From an uncultured Clostridia bacterium (lineage in GTDB: Bacteria > Bacillota_I > Bacilli_A > RF39 > UBA660): a stretch of DNA of 64,000 nucleotides. Of this stretch, positions 10,801 through 20,751 are shown piece by piece. The notes under the pieces are model-generated. The model was given only the letters and a program-made list of their open reading frames with translations, was not told the origin of the DNA and did no database searches. Position 1 is the first letter of the stretch; every line of letters starts with the position of its first letter. The translations under genes and the position numbers were made by a program. The DNA lies in the NCBI GenBank assembly GCA_945871105.1, contig CAMBUO010000006.1, positions 7,452-71,451 on the forward strand, given 5' to 3'.

Positions 10801-11907
10801 CAAACTTGCATTATAATCTCTATCTTCGATATAACCGCAATCGCATTTATAAATTCTATCTTTTAATTTCAAATCGTGTTTTATAGTACCGCAATTATGA
10901 CATATCTTACTACTAGGATAAAATCTATCTACTTGTCTTAATTCAATACCATACCAGCTTGCCTTATATTTTAATTGTTTTATAAATTCATATAAACATT
11001 GATTGGCTATTTGCTTTGAAAGATGTTTATTTTTCATCATACCACTTATATTTAATTCCTCTATTGTAATAAAACTAGGTTTTCGTTTTATTATTTCAGT
11101 TGTTATTTTATTGATGTAATCTTTTCTAATATTTCGCAAATGATGATTAATTTTCAATAAACTTTTTTCTAATTTTATAATGTTGCTTGTTTTGCAATAA
11201 CTATCTCCTTTCTTATTCATTTCGTATTTTCTTGATAAAATACGCTGCAACCTATGTTTTTTCTTTTCTATTTTTTTGACATGAGATTGTTTATTTATGT
11301 TTTTATATACATAACCATCAGAGCATATTGCTAAATCTTTTATTCCTAAATCAATACCTATACCATAAGTGAATTTTTTAAATGCTTGGTTTTCACATTC
11401 TATTCCTACGCTTATATACCAATTTTCTTTATCATAATTTATTCTTATATTTTTGAAACGCAAATCTTTACCATGACCAATAGGTATTTTATTTTTTTCA
11501 CTTAATTTTACCCATCCAATATTTGATAAATATACTTTACTTTCATTAACTTTAAATTTAAAAGTATCTTGAAAGAAAGATTGCATATTATTCTTTTTAC
11601 TCTTAAATTTAGGATAAAAACTTTTTTTCTTAAAGAAATTAATAAATGCTCGTTCTGCATCTTTGATTGCTTGTTTAGGTATATCACAACTGACTTCATA
11701 AAGCCAATTATTTTCTTCTAATGATTTGAAAATAGTAAATTCTTTTCTCATGTCATAATTATTTAAAAATTTACCATTCTCTTTATAATTTTCTTGTTGC
11801 TTATTTAAAGCCCAATTATAAGCAAATCTTGATATACCCAATGATTTTTTCATCATAGTTTTTTGGATATTGTTTGGTTCTAATCTAACTTTAATAGTTT
11901 TATTCAT
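10759..11907 (-). CDS. tnpB: TnpB (OrfB) RNA-guided endonuclease, IS200/IS605/IS607-associated
   Basis: RuvC triad is present: IGIDLGIKDLA (D), ITIEELNISGM (E), DRDYNASLNL (D). Zinc finger CHNCG...CDCG is also present. Length of 382 aa is typical. Confidence 0.9.
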   Translation of the reverse strand: MNKTIKVRLEPNNIQKTMMKKSLGISRFAYNWALNKQQENYKENGKFLNNYDMRKEFTIFKSLEENNWLYEVSCDIPKQAIKDAERAFINFFKKKSFYPKFKSKKNNMQSFFQDTFKFKVNESKVYLSNIGWVKLSEKNKIPIGHGKDLRFKNIRINYDKENWYISVGIECENQAFKKFTYGIGIDLGIKDLAICSDGYVYKNINKQSHVKKIEKKKHRLQRILSRKYEMNKKGDSYCKTSNIIKLEKSLLKINHHLRNIRKDYINKITTEIIKRKPSFITIEELNISGMMKNKHLSKQIANQCLYEFIKQLKYKASWYGIELRQVDRFYPSSKICHNCGTIKHDLKLKDRIYKCDCGYIEDRDYNASLNLKDCETYKVLAL

Positions 11908-11913
11908 TTTCTT

Positions 11914-12308
11914 TTAATAATTCATCGACCATTTTCTTGTAATTTTTACTGTTGTAATTTCTTTAATAAGTTGTTGTAATCCTTTTTTATTATAATTGAT
12001 ACCACTTCCAATATCCTGAATAATGCTAAAAGGTTTTCCTTTAGCTAGTAAATAAGTTTTCATATTTTCGACTTGTCTTTTCAAATCAGCTTTTTGTTTA
12101 TTACTAGATATACGACAATAACCTATTATTTTTCGTTCAACATTAAGAGTTGGATTAAGTATTTTCGATATTTGCTCCATTTTATAATATCTAAATCCAT
12201 TCGGAGATTTATATTGCGAAATTAATATCCCTTTTTTTACCAATTCCTTAATGTTTGACTACTGACATTGAGCATTTCACTAGCTTTTCTTATGCTTATA
12301 TAGTCCAT
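11914..12308 (-). pseudogene. tnpA: IS607-type serine-recombinase transposase tnpA, frameshifted and truncated
   Basis: ATG at 12308 gives MDYISIRKASEMLNVSSQTLRNW-stop (MerR-like HTH). The sequence continues in another frame as VKKGILISQYKSPNGFRYY...IGYCRISSNKQKADLKRQ, which carries the catalytic Ser motif. A 1-nt loss at TTGGTAAAAAAAGGG (12237-12243) explains the shift. The product ends after about 132 aa in total, whereas intact family members are roughly 190-220 aa. Confidence 0.75.
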
Positions 12309-12359
12309 GCCTCTCTCCTTTCAGCATTATATATTATCACAATATTGTTAAAAAAGAAA

Positions 12360-14132
12360 TTATTTTAATATTTTTAAAAACCTTAATATTCTTTTAAATT
12401 TTTCATTTCTTGGATTGGAATTAACTTGAATACAATATTGACAAAATTCAGGTATTTCTTTTCCTTTAACTGAAACGACTGTATTTTTATATTCTTCTCT
12501 GACTAATTCTAAATATTTAGTTAAAAATTCTTGTCTTTTTAAACTATCATCTTTTTTAGCAGGAACACGGTAAATAGAAGTTGTTCTTTTTACATATTTA
12601 AATGGATATTTAAGAGCAAATCTAATCCATAATTCCCAGTCTTCTAAAGCATCTAAACGTAAATCAAAACCACCACATTCCTCGCAAACTTCTTTTTCAA
12701 ACATAACCGCTTGAATAGGAGTAATATTACTATATAAAATTTTTAAGAGACTAAATTTAGTACTATAAACAACTTCTTGTTTTAAAACTTTATATTTATA
12801 AGGATCTTTAGAATAAATTTCAATTGGGGTTTCAAAAGCGGTCGTATAAGCAACTTTTTCCTTGGAATTTTCTAATTCTCCAACTAAAGTTTCAACATGA
12901 TCAGGATAAAAAACATCATCATCATCTAAGAAATTTAAATATTTTCCGGTTGCTAATTCTAAAGCTTTATTACCAACTGCACATCGACCTACATTTTCTC
13001 CGGTTGCATAATAAATAATATTTAAATCTTTAAATTCTTTCTCAATCATTTCTTTAGCTGTTGGTTTACCATCTTCAACCACTACTACTTCGATATTTTT
13101 ATAAGTTTGATTACGAATACTAATTAAATTTTCTCTTAAATAACTAGGACGATTACAAGTTCTAACTAAAATACTAACTAAAGGTTCTTCTTTGGTTTCT
13201 TTAATTTCATAAAAAGCACCTTCTTTAACTCCACAATATTCTAAACCAAAAAAATCTAATTTATCTGGTTTTTTGTTAAAAATAAATCTTATACGTTTAA
13301 ACCATTCTATTATTCCTTTAAAAATCATTCGATGACGATTTTTTAAAACATCTTTTTTGATACTTTCCTTTTCATTGCTTGGAATATTTTTATCATGTTC
13401 GATATTACGATAAAAAACAATATTCGTATAAAATCCTTTCATAATATCCAAAAATGTACCATATTTAAAACGTAAATATAAATTATTAGCAATAGTATTA
13501 ACATATTGATTTCTTTTAAACTCTTCTTTTTCCTTATATGAATAATGAATTATGGAAATATTATTTAAATAATAAATTTTTTCACCTAAACGTCTTATTT
13601 TATAACTTAAATCAACATCTTCACAATACATAAAGATATTTTTATCAAATCCACCTACTTTAAAAAATAAATTTTTTTTAATAATAAAACAAGCTCCCGA
13701 AGACCATTTAGTTTCTAAAGTAATTGGATCATAATATTTGGGATGTTCATATGGAGTTTGTTTTAATTCTAAAATACCAAAAGTTTTACGTTTCTTAATT
13801 TCTTCTTCTAACTTAGTTAAAGTATTGGGATATATTTCGCAATCAATATTTAAGAAAAATAAATAGTCGGCTAAACTATTTTTAGCAGCTAAATTGTTAG
13901 CTACTCCAAAACCAAGATTTTTTTCACCTTCTATTATTTGAAAAGTAGCTAACTTTTTGGCATATTTTTCTTTTAATTCTTTTAAAATAGAAATCGTTTC
14001 ATCATTTGAATTATTATCATAAACTAAAATTCCTACTTTGTTTAAATCATAATCACTTTTAAAAATACTTTCAAGACAGTTTTTTATATATTTTTTTGAA
14101 TTATAAGTTACTAATATAATATCTATTCTCAT
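12360..14132 (-). CDS. two-domain family 2 glycosyltransferase
   Basis: IDIILVTYNSKKYIKNCLESI...VYDNNSNDET and VSILVRTCNRPSYLRENLISIRNQTYKNIEVVVVEDGK with LDDDDVF. Confidence 0.8.
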   Translation of the reverse strand: MRIDIILVTYNSKKYIKNCLESIFKSDYDLNKVGILVYDNNSNDETISILKELKEKYAKKLATFQIIEGEKNLGFGVANNLAAKNSLADYLFFLNIDCEIYPNTLTKLEEEIKKRKTFGILELKQTPYEHPKYYDPITLETKWSSGACFIIKKNLFFKVGGFDKNIFMYCEDVDLSYKIRRLGEKIYYLNNISIIHYSYKEKEEFKRNQYVNTIANNLYLRFKYGTFLDIMKGFYTNIVFYRNIEHDKNIPSNEKESIKKDVLKNRHRMIFKGIIEWFKRIRFIFNKKPDKLDFFGLEYCGVKEGAFYEIKETKEEPLVSILVRTCNRPSYLRENLISIRNQTYKNIEVVVVEDGKPTAKEMIEKEFKDLNIIYYATGENVGRCAVGNKALELATGKYLNFLDDDDVFYPDHVETLVGELENSKEKVAYTTAFETPIEIYSKDPYKYKVLKQEVVYSTKFSLLKILYSNITPIQAVMFEKEVCEECGGFDLRLDALEDWELWIRFALKYPFKYVKRTTSIYRVPAKKDDSLKRQEFLTKYLELVREEYKNTVVSVKGKEIPEFCQYCIQVNSNPRNEKFKRILRFLKILK

Positions 14133-14146
14133 GTTATCAATCCTTT

Positions 14147-14920
14147 CTATAACTCTTCAGCAAATCTTTTTTCTAGCTTTCTAAATATTAGATAACCAAC
14201 TATTAATATTATAATACAAACAAAGAATAATATGAAAACAGATCCCATTTCAGGAAATTTTCCATAATATAAAATATCACGATAATACTTAATTATATGA
14301 AACATAGGATTTAATTTAAAAAGTGGTAAATATTTAGTAGGAATCATATCAGCTGAATAAACAATTGGACTTAAATAAAAAGCTAACATCATAATTACAT
14401 TAATTAAATATTCAACATCTCTTACATAAACTGTAATAGCCGATAAGATAAAAGAAAGACCAAGTTGTAAAATATATTGCATTAAAATAATTATAGGTAA
14501 AGCAATGATTGAAGCATGAATTCCCACTCCACTTATTAATAAAGCTACAAAAACAATAACACTAGAAATTAAAAAGTTAATTAAATTACTAGTTGCCGTT
14601 GAAATTGGTAAGATTTCTCTTGGAAAATAAACTTTTTTAATAATTCCACCATTACTAACAACACAAGCAGCGCTTTGAATGATTGATAAATTAAAGAAAT
14701 TCCATGGGAATAAAGCAACAATTAAAAAAACTGTATAGTTTGAAACATTATTTTTTAAAATAAATGGAAAAACTAAAGCATAAATTAATAATTGAAATAA
14801 AGGATTTAAAAAACTCCATAATATACCTAAAAAGGATTTTTTATATTTACCACGAAATTCTTTTTTAATCGAAGTTTTTAAAAATTCTCGATAATTATAT
14901 AAATTCTTAAATATATTCAT
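14147..14920 (-). CDS. polysaccharide ABC exporter permease (ABC-2 type; Wzm/TagG/RgpC-like)
   Basis: Six predicted TM helices and the ABC-2 N-terminal motif FRGKYKKSFLGILWSFLNPLFQLLIYALVF. It lies next to the cognate ATPase. Confidence 0.85.
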   Translation of the reverse strand: MNIFKNLYNYREFLKTSIKKEFRGKYKKSFLGILWSFLNPLFQLLIYALVFPFILKNNVSNYTVFLIVALFPWNFFNLSIIQSAACVVSNGGIIKKVYFPREILPISTATSNLINFLISSVIVFVALLISGVGIHASIIALPIIILMQYILQLGLSFILSAITVYVRDVEYLINVIMMLAFYLSPIVYSADMIPTKYLPLFKLNPMFHIIKYYRDILYYGKFPEMGSVFILFFVCIIILIVGYLIFRKLEKRFAEEL

Positions 14921-14927
14921 AATTCAC

Positions 14928-15662
14928 CTATCCACATACCTTAATGTATTCTTTTAAAACTTCTTCCGTTTTTCCATCTTTTTGAATCTCACCATTATTA
15001 ATCCAAACTGCACGATCACATAAAAATTCTACTGCTTCTTTGGAATGAGAAACAAAGACCATCGTTTTGCCCATTTTCTTTAATTCCTGCATTTTATTCA
15101 TACATTTTTCTTGAAATCTTTGATCGCCAACTGCTAGTATTTCATCAATTAAAATAATATCAGCATCAACATTAATAGCAACCGAAAAAGCAAGACGCAT
15201 ATACATACCTGAGGAATAAGTTCTTACAGGGGTATCAATAAAACTACCTAGTTCTGAAAAAGCAATAATATCATCTAAACGACTATCAATTTCTGATTTG
15301 GTTAAACCAAAAATCGAAGCATTAAAATAAATATTTTCTCTTCCCGAAAAATCAGGATGAAACCCAGCTCCAAGTTCTAGTAAAGAAGCAAGTTTACCTT
15401 TAACTTTAATAGAACCTGATGTTGGATAAATAATCTTAGTAATTAACTTTAAAAGAGTTGATTTACCACTTCCATTAACTCCTATTAAAGCTACAGTTTC
15501 TCCTTTTTTAATTTCTAAATTGATATTTTTTAAAATATGACGAACTTCTTTTTTATTATTAGAAAATCTTACAATTCTTTCTTTTAAAGTATTAGCTTTA
15601 TCTGCATAAATAATAAAATCTTTTGACATATTCTTTATTGTAATAGCAACATCATTTTTCAT
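14928..15662 (-). CDS. polysaccharide ABC exporter ATP-binding protein (Wzt/TagH/RgpD-like, short form)
   Basis: Walker A GVNGSGKST, signature YSSGMYMRLAF, Walker B IILIDEILAVGD. Confidence 0.9.
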   Translation of the reverse strand: MKNDVAITIKNMSKDFIIYADKANTLKERIVRFSNNKKEVRHILKNINLEIKKGETVALIGVNGSGKSTLLKLITKIIYPTSGSIKVKGKLASLLELGAGFHPDFSGRENIYFNASIFGLTKSEIDSRLDDIIAFSELGSFIDTPVRTYSSGMYMRLAFSVAINVDADIILIDEILAVGDQRFQEKCMNKMQELKKMGKTMVFVSHSKEAVEFLCDRAVWINNGEIQKDGKTEEVLKEYIKVCG

Positions 15663-15794
15663 TATCTACTCCTCATTTTTTTATTAAAAAATTATTATCA
15701 TAAATCAGATTAATTATATCATTTTCTTTAATACCTAGTCAACCAAACAGTGATAATTAAGAAAAAAACCATAAAGGGTTACTTTATAGTTAAA

Positions 15795-16799
15795 TTAATC
15801 TTTATAAGCTTCTTTATAAGAACCAGATTTTATATCATTGATCCAATCTTGATTATTTAAATACCAATCAACAGTATCTTTAATACCATCTTCAAAGTTA
15901 TAAGTTAATTTCCAACCTAATTCTTTTTCAGTTTTTTTAGAATCAATCGCGTATCTTAAATCATGACCTGGTCTATCAGTTACAAACGTAATTAAACTTT
16001 CTGGTTTTCCAAGTTGTTTTAAAATGGTTTTAACAACATCTAAATTCGTTCTTTCAGAGTGTCCACCTAAATTATATATTTCGCCATCACGACCATGTTT
16101 GATAATTAAATCAACACCAACATTATGATCATGAACATGAATCCAATCACGAACATTCAAACCATTCCCATAAACAGGAATATTTTCATTATTTAAAGCC
16201 TTACTAATAACAACTGGTATTAACTTTTCTGGAAATTGATAAGGACCATAGTTGTTTGAACATCTTGAAATTGTTACTGGTAAACCAAAAGTTCTATGAT
16301 AAGCAAGAACTAATAAATCAGCTCCGGCTTTACTTGCTGAATAAGGACTAGAAGCTTTAATGGGATTAGTTTCCTCAAATAATAAATCTGGTCGATCAAG
16401 AGGTAAATCCCCGTAAACTTCATCAGTTGATACTTGATGAAATCTCTTAATTCCATATTTACGACAAGCATCCATTAATGTTTGGGTTCCTAAAATATTA
16501 GTAGTTAAAAAGATACTAGGATTTTTAATAGAATTATCAACATGACTTTCCGCAGCAAAGTTAACTACATAATCAAATTTTTCTTCTTCAAATAACTTAT
16601 CAACTAATTCACGATTAGTTATATCGCCATGAATAAATTTAAAATTAGGTAATGTTTCTAAACTTTTAATGTTATTGTAATTACCTGCATAAGTTAAAGC
16701 ATCAAGACAGATAAACATATCTTCTTTATAAGTTGAAGTCATATAATGTAAAAAATTGCTACCAATAAAACCAGCTCCACCGGTTACTAAATATTTCAT
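15795..16799 (-). CDS. rfbB: dTDP-glucose 4,6-dehydratase
   Basis: MKYLVTGGAGFIGSNF, STDEVYG and YSASKAGADLL. The start is moved to the ATG at 16799, which forms an ATGA overlap with the rfbD stop. The track start at 16847 adds 16 non-conserved residues. Confidence 0.92.
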   Translation of the reverse strand: MKYLVTGGAGFIGSNFLHYMTSTYKEDMFICLDALTYAGNYNNIKSLETLPNFKFIHGDITNRELVDKLFEEEKFDYVVNFAAESHVDNSIKNPSIFLTTNILGTQTLMDACRKYGIKRFHQVSTDEVYGDLPLDRPDLLFEETNPIKASSPYSASKAGADLLVLAYHRTFGLPVTISRCSNNYGPYQFPEKLIPVVISKALNNENIPVYGNGLNVRDWIHVHDHNVGVDLIIKHGRDGEIYNLGGHSERTNLDVVKTILKQLGKPESLITFVTDRPGHDLRYAIDSKKTEKELGWKLTYNFEDGIKDTVDWYLNNQDWINDIKSGSYKEAYKD

Positions 16800-17647
16800 T
16801 TTTCCTCCTTTAATTCTTGACAAAATCTTAAAGTAGCATCTTGCCAACTTGGTAATCTTTCTAAATTTTCTTCATCTAATCTATCTTTTGATAAACGAGA
16901 ATTTAAAGGTCTTTTAGCCAAAGTCTTATAATCTTTAGTTAAAATAGGTTTAAGATTAACATCTAAATTATTAATTTTAAAGATATAATCAGCAAATTCA
17001 TACCAACTACAATATCCTTCATTAGTGGCATGAAAAATACCTGATTTATTCTCTATTACCATATCAACTAATAATCTTGCTAAATCTTTGGTATAAGTAG
17101 GACTTCCTACTTGATCAGATACAACGGATATTTTTTTATTTTCACTAGCAAGTCTTAACATGGTTTTAATAAAATTATTACCATTTAGACCAAATACCCA
17201 AGAAATACGAACAATTAAATAATCTTTTAATTTTTTAACTTCTTCTTCTCCTAAAAATTTGGTATATCCATAATAATTGATAGGATTAGCTTCATCTAAA
17301 ACTTCATAGATACCATCTTTATTACCTTGAAAGATATAATCCGTACTAATATAGATAACTTTAGCCTTAACTTCTTTAGCAACACTCACAATATTTTCAG
17401 TACCAACTACATTTATTTGATAACAAAGATCTTTATTTTCTTCTGCTTTATCAACCGCTGTATAAGCCGCTAAATGATAAATAACATCTGGATTATAATC
17501 TTTAACAACTTTTCTTAAAACTTCTAAATCTGTAATATCTAATTCTTCAATAGTTGGAGCTAAATAGTCATCTTGTTTTCTTTTTTTTAATTCTTTAATT
17601 AAATCATAACCTAATTGACCAGCTCCACCTGTTATAAAATACTTCAT
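16796..17647 (-). CDS. rfbD: dTDP-4-dehydrorhamnose reductase
   Basis: ITGGAGQLG, an RmlD-type length and position within rfbA-C-D-B, and STDYIF / YGYTKFLGE motifs. Confidence 0.9.
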   Translation of the reverse strand: MKYFITGGAGQLGYDLIKELKKRKQDDYLAPTIEELDITDLEVLRKVVKDYNPDVIYHLAAYTAVDKAEENKDLCYQINVVGTENIVSVAKEVKAKVIYISTDYIFQGNKDGIYEVLDEANPINYYGYTKFLGEEEVKKLKDYLIVRISWVFGLNGNNFIKTMLRLASENKKISVVSDQVGSPTYTKDLARLLVDMVIENKSGIFHATNEGYCSWYEFADYIFKINNLDVNLKPILTKDYKTLAKRPLNSRLSKDRLDEENLERLPSWQDATLRFCQELKEEK

Positions 17648-18216
17648 GCTTCTCTCCTAAAATCTACTTTAGTTTCTTTTAAACTTTTTCTATTCAAGTC
17701 TTTATCTGATAAAATTGGTTCTAAAATGTCATTTTCTTTAAACATAGTTTCCCAATCAATACCAATTTCTTCATCATTATAAATGATTCCTCCTTCTAAT
17801 TCAGGAGCATAATCATTATCAATTAAATATTGAAAAATAGTATCATCTTCTAAACTTAAATAACCATGAGCAAAACCTCTTGGAACATATAATTGACGAT
17901 TATTATCCTCAGTTAATAAAACTTTAATCCATTTTTTATAAGTTTTAGAATCTTTTCTTAAATCAACCACCACATCATAAGCACTTCCTTTAATTACTTC
18001 CACTATTTTGGCTTGACATTTAGGATTTTCTTGATAATGAAGTCCTCTTAAAACACCTTTACTACTCTTGCTACGACTAGCTTGCGTAACTCCTTGAAAA
18101 CCTAATTCTTTAAACTTGTCATTAATATAAAAAGGTGAAAAATAACCACGTGAATCACCAAAGCGATCTGGTTCAATGATATAACAATCTAAAAGTTCTG
18201 TTTCTATTACTTGCAT
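17644..18216 (-). CDS. rfbC: dTDP-4-dehydrorhamnose 3,5-epimerase
   Basis: DSRGYF, LRGLHYQ and FAHGY, the cupin motifs of RmlC. Confidence 0.92.
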   Translation of the reverse strand: MQVIETELLDCYIIEPDRFGDSRGYFSPFYINDKFKELGFQGVTQASRSKSSKGVLRGLHYQENPKCQAKIVEVIKGSAYDVVVDLRKDSKTYKKWIKVLLTEDNNRQLYVPRGFAHGYLSLEDDTIFQYLIDNDYAPELEGGIIYNDEEIGIDWETMFKENDILEPILSDKDLNRKSLKETKVDFRREA

Positions 18217-18217
18217 A

Positions 18218-19129
18218 TTACTCCTTTTCTAATAAAATTCTTGTTGGTTCTTTGTCTAATTCTTTTTCACTTAATGCAATTAAGTATTTACCATAACTAT
18301 TCTTTTGCATACTTAAACCAATTTCTTTAACTTTTTCTTTTGTTATCCAACCTTTTAAATAAGCAATTTCTTCTAAACAAGCTATCATTTGCCCATTACT
18401 TTCAACAGTTTTAACAAAATCAGATGCTTCATTTAAACTATCAAAAGTACCTGTATCTAACCAAGAATAACCTCTTCCTAAAACTTCAACGGATAATTCC
18501 CCATTTTCTAAATAAATTTTATTAATATCTGTAATTTCTAATTCTCCTCTTTTAGATGGTTTTAAATTCTTAACATATTGAATAACCCGATTATCATAAA
18601 AATATAATCCCGTTGCCGCATAATTAGATTTTGGTTTTTCTGGTTTTTCTTCAATGGAAATAACTTTTCCCTTCTTATCAAACTCAACTACCCCAAATCT
18701 TTCCGGATCATTTACATAGTAACCAAAAACTGTTCCTAATCCTTTATTCGTATTTTCCATAGCCGTTTTTAATTTTTTTTGTAAGCCATTACCATAGAAA
18801 ATATTATCACCTAAAATCATAGCTACATTATCATTGCCAATAAAATCAGCCCCAATGGTAAATGCTTGAGCTAATCCTTTAGGTTCTTCTTGAATTTTAT
18901 AAGTTAAATTAATGCCATAGTTAGATCCATCACCTAACAAATTTTGAAACTTTGGCGTATCTTCCGGGGTTGAAATAATTAATATATCCTTAATACCAGC
19001 AAGCATTAAAACAGATATAGGATAATATATCATTGGTTTATCATAAATTGGTAACATTTGCTTACTAATAATTTTTGTAATTGGATATAATCTTGTTCCT
19101 GATCCTCCAGCTAAAACAATTCCTTTCAT
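18218..19129 (-). CDS. rfbA: glucose-1-phosphate thymidylyltransferase
   Basis: [31 protein letters not shown] and GLAQAF. Confidence 0.93.
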   Translation of the reverse strand: MKGIVLAGGSGTRLYPITKIISKQMLPIYDKPMIYYPISVLMLAGIKDILIISTPEDTPKFQNLLGDGSNYGINLTYKIQEEPKGLAQAFTIGADFIGNDNVAMILGDNIFYGNGLQKKLKTAMENTNKGLGTVFGYYVNDPERFGVVEFDKKGKVISIEEKPEKPKSNYAATGLYFYDNRVIQYVKNLKPSKRGELEITDINKIYLENGELSVEVLGRGYSWLDTGTFDSLNEASDFVKTVESNGQMIACLEEIAYLKGWITKEKVKEIGLSMQKNSYGKYLIALSEKELDKEPTRILLEKE

Positions 19130-19148
19130 TCACATTCCTCCTAAATGT

Positions 19149-19177
19149 ATTGTAACATAAACATAGATACTTGTAAA
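19149..19177 (-). promoter_or_regulatory. sigma-70-type promoter ahead of rfbA
   Basis: Minus strand TTTACA (19177-19172), 17-nt spacer, TACAAT (19154-19149), then AGGAGG and the rfbA ATG. Confidence 0.5.
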
Positions 19178-19187
19178 TTTCTTGACG

Positions 19188-20708
19188 TTAATAAATAATT
19201 GATTTTAGATCACTAATAGTTGTTGTATTAACAATTCCATATCTTGGTACTTTATACTTATTTGTTCCAACTCTAACTTTCATTCTACCACCCATAAAAG
19301 CCATGGTAAATCCGGCTTCTTTAACTAAACTAATTGCATAATCATTATATTCAAAGAATGGATAACAAAAATAAGTAGTATTATTTAAATCTTCTCTTGA
19401 TTTTTTTAAATCAGCTAAGATTTTTTCGCGAGCTAAACATTTAAGGGGACTTCCTTGTCCTCCACTACAAGCACCTGTATAATGCAAATTATCCGTATGC
19501 GAATGAATTTCTAAATTAGGAGAATTATAATCAAAACCGGTAATATTTTTTATATTACCAACTAAAAACAAAGTAGCATGTAAATCATATTTTTCTAATA
19601 CTTCAATTGTCTTTGGAATATAATATCCATCATCAACCGTAATAACAACTGTTCTTTCAGGTAATCTAATTTTTCCCTCAATAAACATTTCTAAATCATT
19701 TAAAGTAGCTGTATAAAAGCCTTCATTTTTAATAAATTCCATATGTTCAGAAAACTTTTTATCACTTAAACAAATAATATTAGTACATTCATATCTTTCA
19801 GCCACACTATTAGAATCATAAGTATAATGATAAGTTAAAACAGCTATCTTACTAGTATATTTTAAATTATAACTATTATTTTGATAAACATTAACCTCAT
19901 CTTTTTTCAAATAATATAATTTATTATGAATAAGTACTCCATAATAATTATCTTCCATAACTAAAATAGGAAAACTATATTCACCAATTAAAGAAAAAAC
20001 AACTTTATCATCTAAATAAAACTTTGGATTATTAACCTTAATATTTTTATCAAATGAAATATAATTTAAATAAGTATTCTTTTCTTCTTCAATACTTTCT
20101 TCTTTAATATTCAAGTAATCAATATAATAATTAGTATCTTTTATTTTAAAATAACCTGATTTAGTATAATCATCACTCTCTAAATTTAAATAATTATTTA
20201 TATTAATAACACCAACAACTTCTAAATTAGAATCAACTAATTTATACAATTTCTTAGCTTTTAAAGTTACAACATTATCATGATAATATTCTAAATAATT
20301 AATTACTTTCTTATCATCTATTACTTTTAATTTATTTATTTTAAAATAACTAACTAAATTATAAGTAGACAAACTTAAAAAAACTAAACTACTAATTATA
20401 ATACCCATAATTAAAATACTTTTTTTAATTTTCTTTTTACTTTTCTTTCTAGGAACTATTAATTCATTAACTTCTAATTCTTTCTTTTTATTTTTTTCTT
20501 TACTATTCTTTTTATTAGATACTACTTCAACATTTTTCTTTGGTTTAGAACTTACCTTATTATTATTTTTCTTTGGTTTAGTACTTTTTTTATCATTATT
20601 TTTATTTGGTTTAGAACTAGTTTTATTATTATTTTTCTTTGTTTCAGAACCTTTATTTTTATTTAATTCCTTTTCTTTTTCAGTTTGATTATTCTTTTTA
20701 TTACTCAT
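19188..20708 (-). CDS. membrane-anchored polysaccharide deacetylase (NodB/CE4 domain) with Lys/Asn-rich N-terminal tail
   Basis: C-terminal VVITVDDGYY...LHATLFLVGN...HSHT are NodB motifs. There is one TM segment (ILIMGIIISSLVFLSL). The N-terminal ~95 aa are low-complexity Lys-rich sequence. Confidence 0.8.
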   Translation of the reverse strand: MSNKKNNQTEKEKELNKNKGSETKKNNNKTSSKPNKNNDKKSTKPKKNNNKVSSKPKKNVEVVSNKKNSKEKNKKKELEVNELIVPRKKSKKKIKKSILIMGIIISSLVFLSLSTYNLVSYFKINKLKVIDDKKVINYLEYYHDNVVTLKAKKLYKLVDSNLEVVGVININNYLNLESDDYTKSGYFKIKDTNYYIDYLNIKEESIEEEKNTYLNYISFDKNIKVNNPKFYLDDKVVFSLIGEYSFPILVMEDNYYGVLIHNKLYYLKKDEVNVYQNNSYNLKYTSKIAVLTYHYTYDSNSVAERYECTNIICLSDKKFSEHMEFIKNEGFYTATLNDLEMFIEGKIRLPERTVVITVDDGYYIPKTIEVLEKYDLHATLFLVGNIKNITGFDYNSPNLEIHSHTDNLHYTGACSGGQGSPLKCLAREKILADLKKSREDLNNTTYFCYPFFEYNDYAISLVKEAGFTMAFMGGRMKVRVGTNKYKVPRYGIVNTTTISDLKSIIY

Positions 20709-20751
20709 ACAACCACCTTTATTAATTACATAACTATTGTATCACAAAAAA

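Larger units (their letters stand above)
10601..12359 (-). mobile_element. IS607-family insertion sequence remnant (decayed tnpA plus intact tnpB), filling the spacer between two GT genes
   Basis: A MerR-HTH/serine-recombinase tnpA fragment lies directly upstream of a full-length tnpB. The ends are not defined by repeats (IS607 elements lack them), so I set the boundaries to the flanking GT gene ends. Confidence 0.6.
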
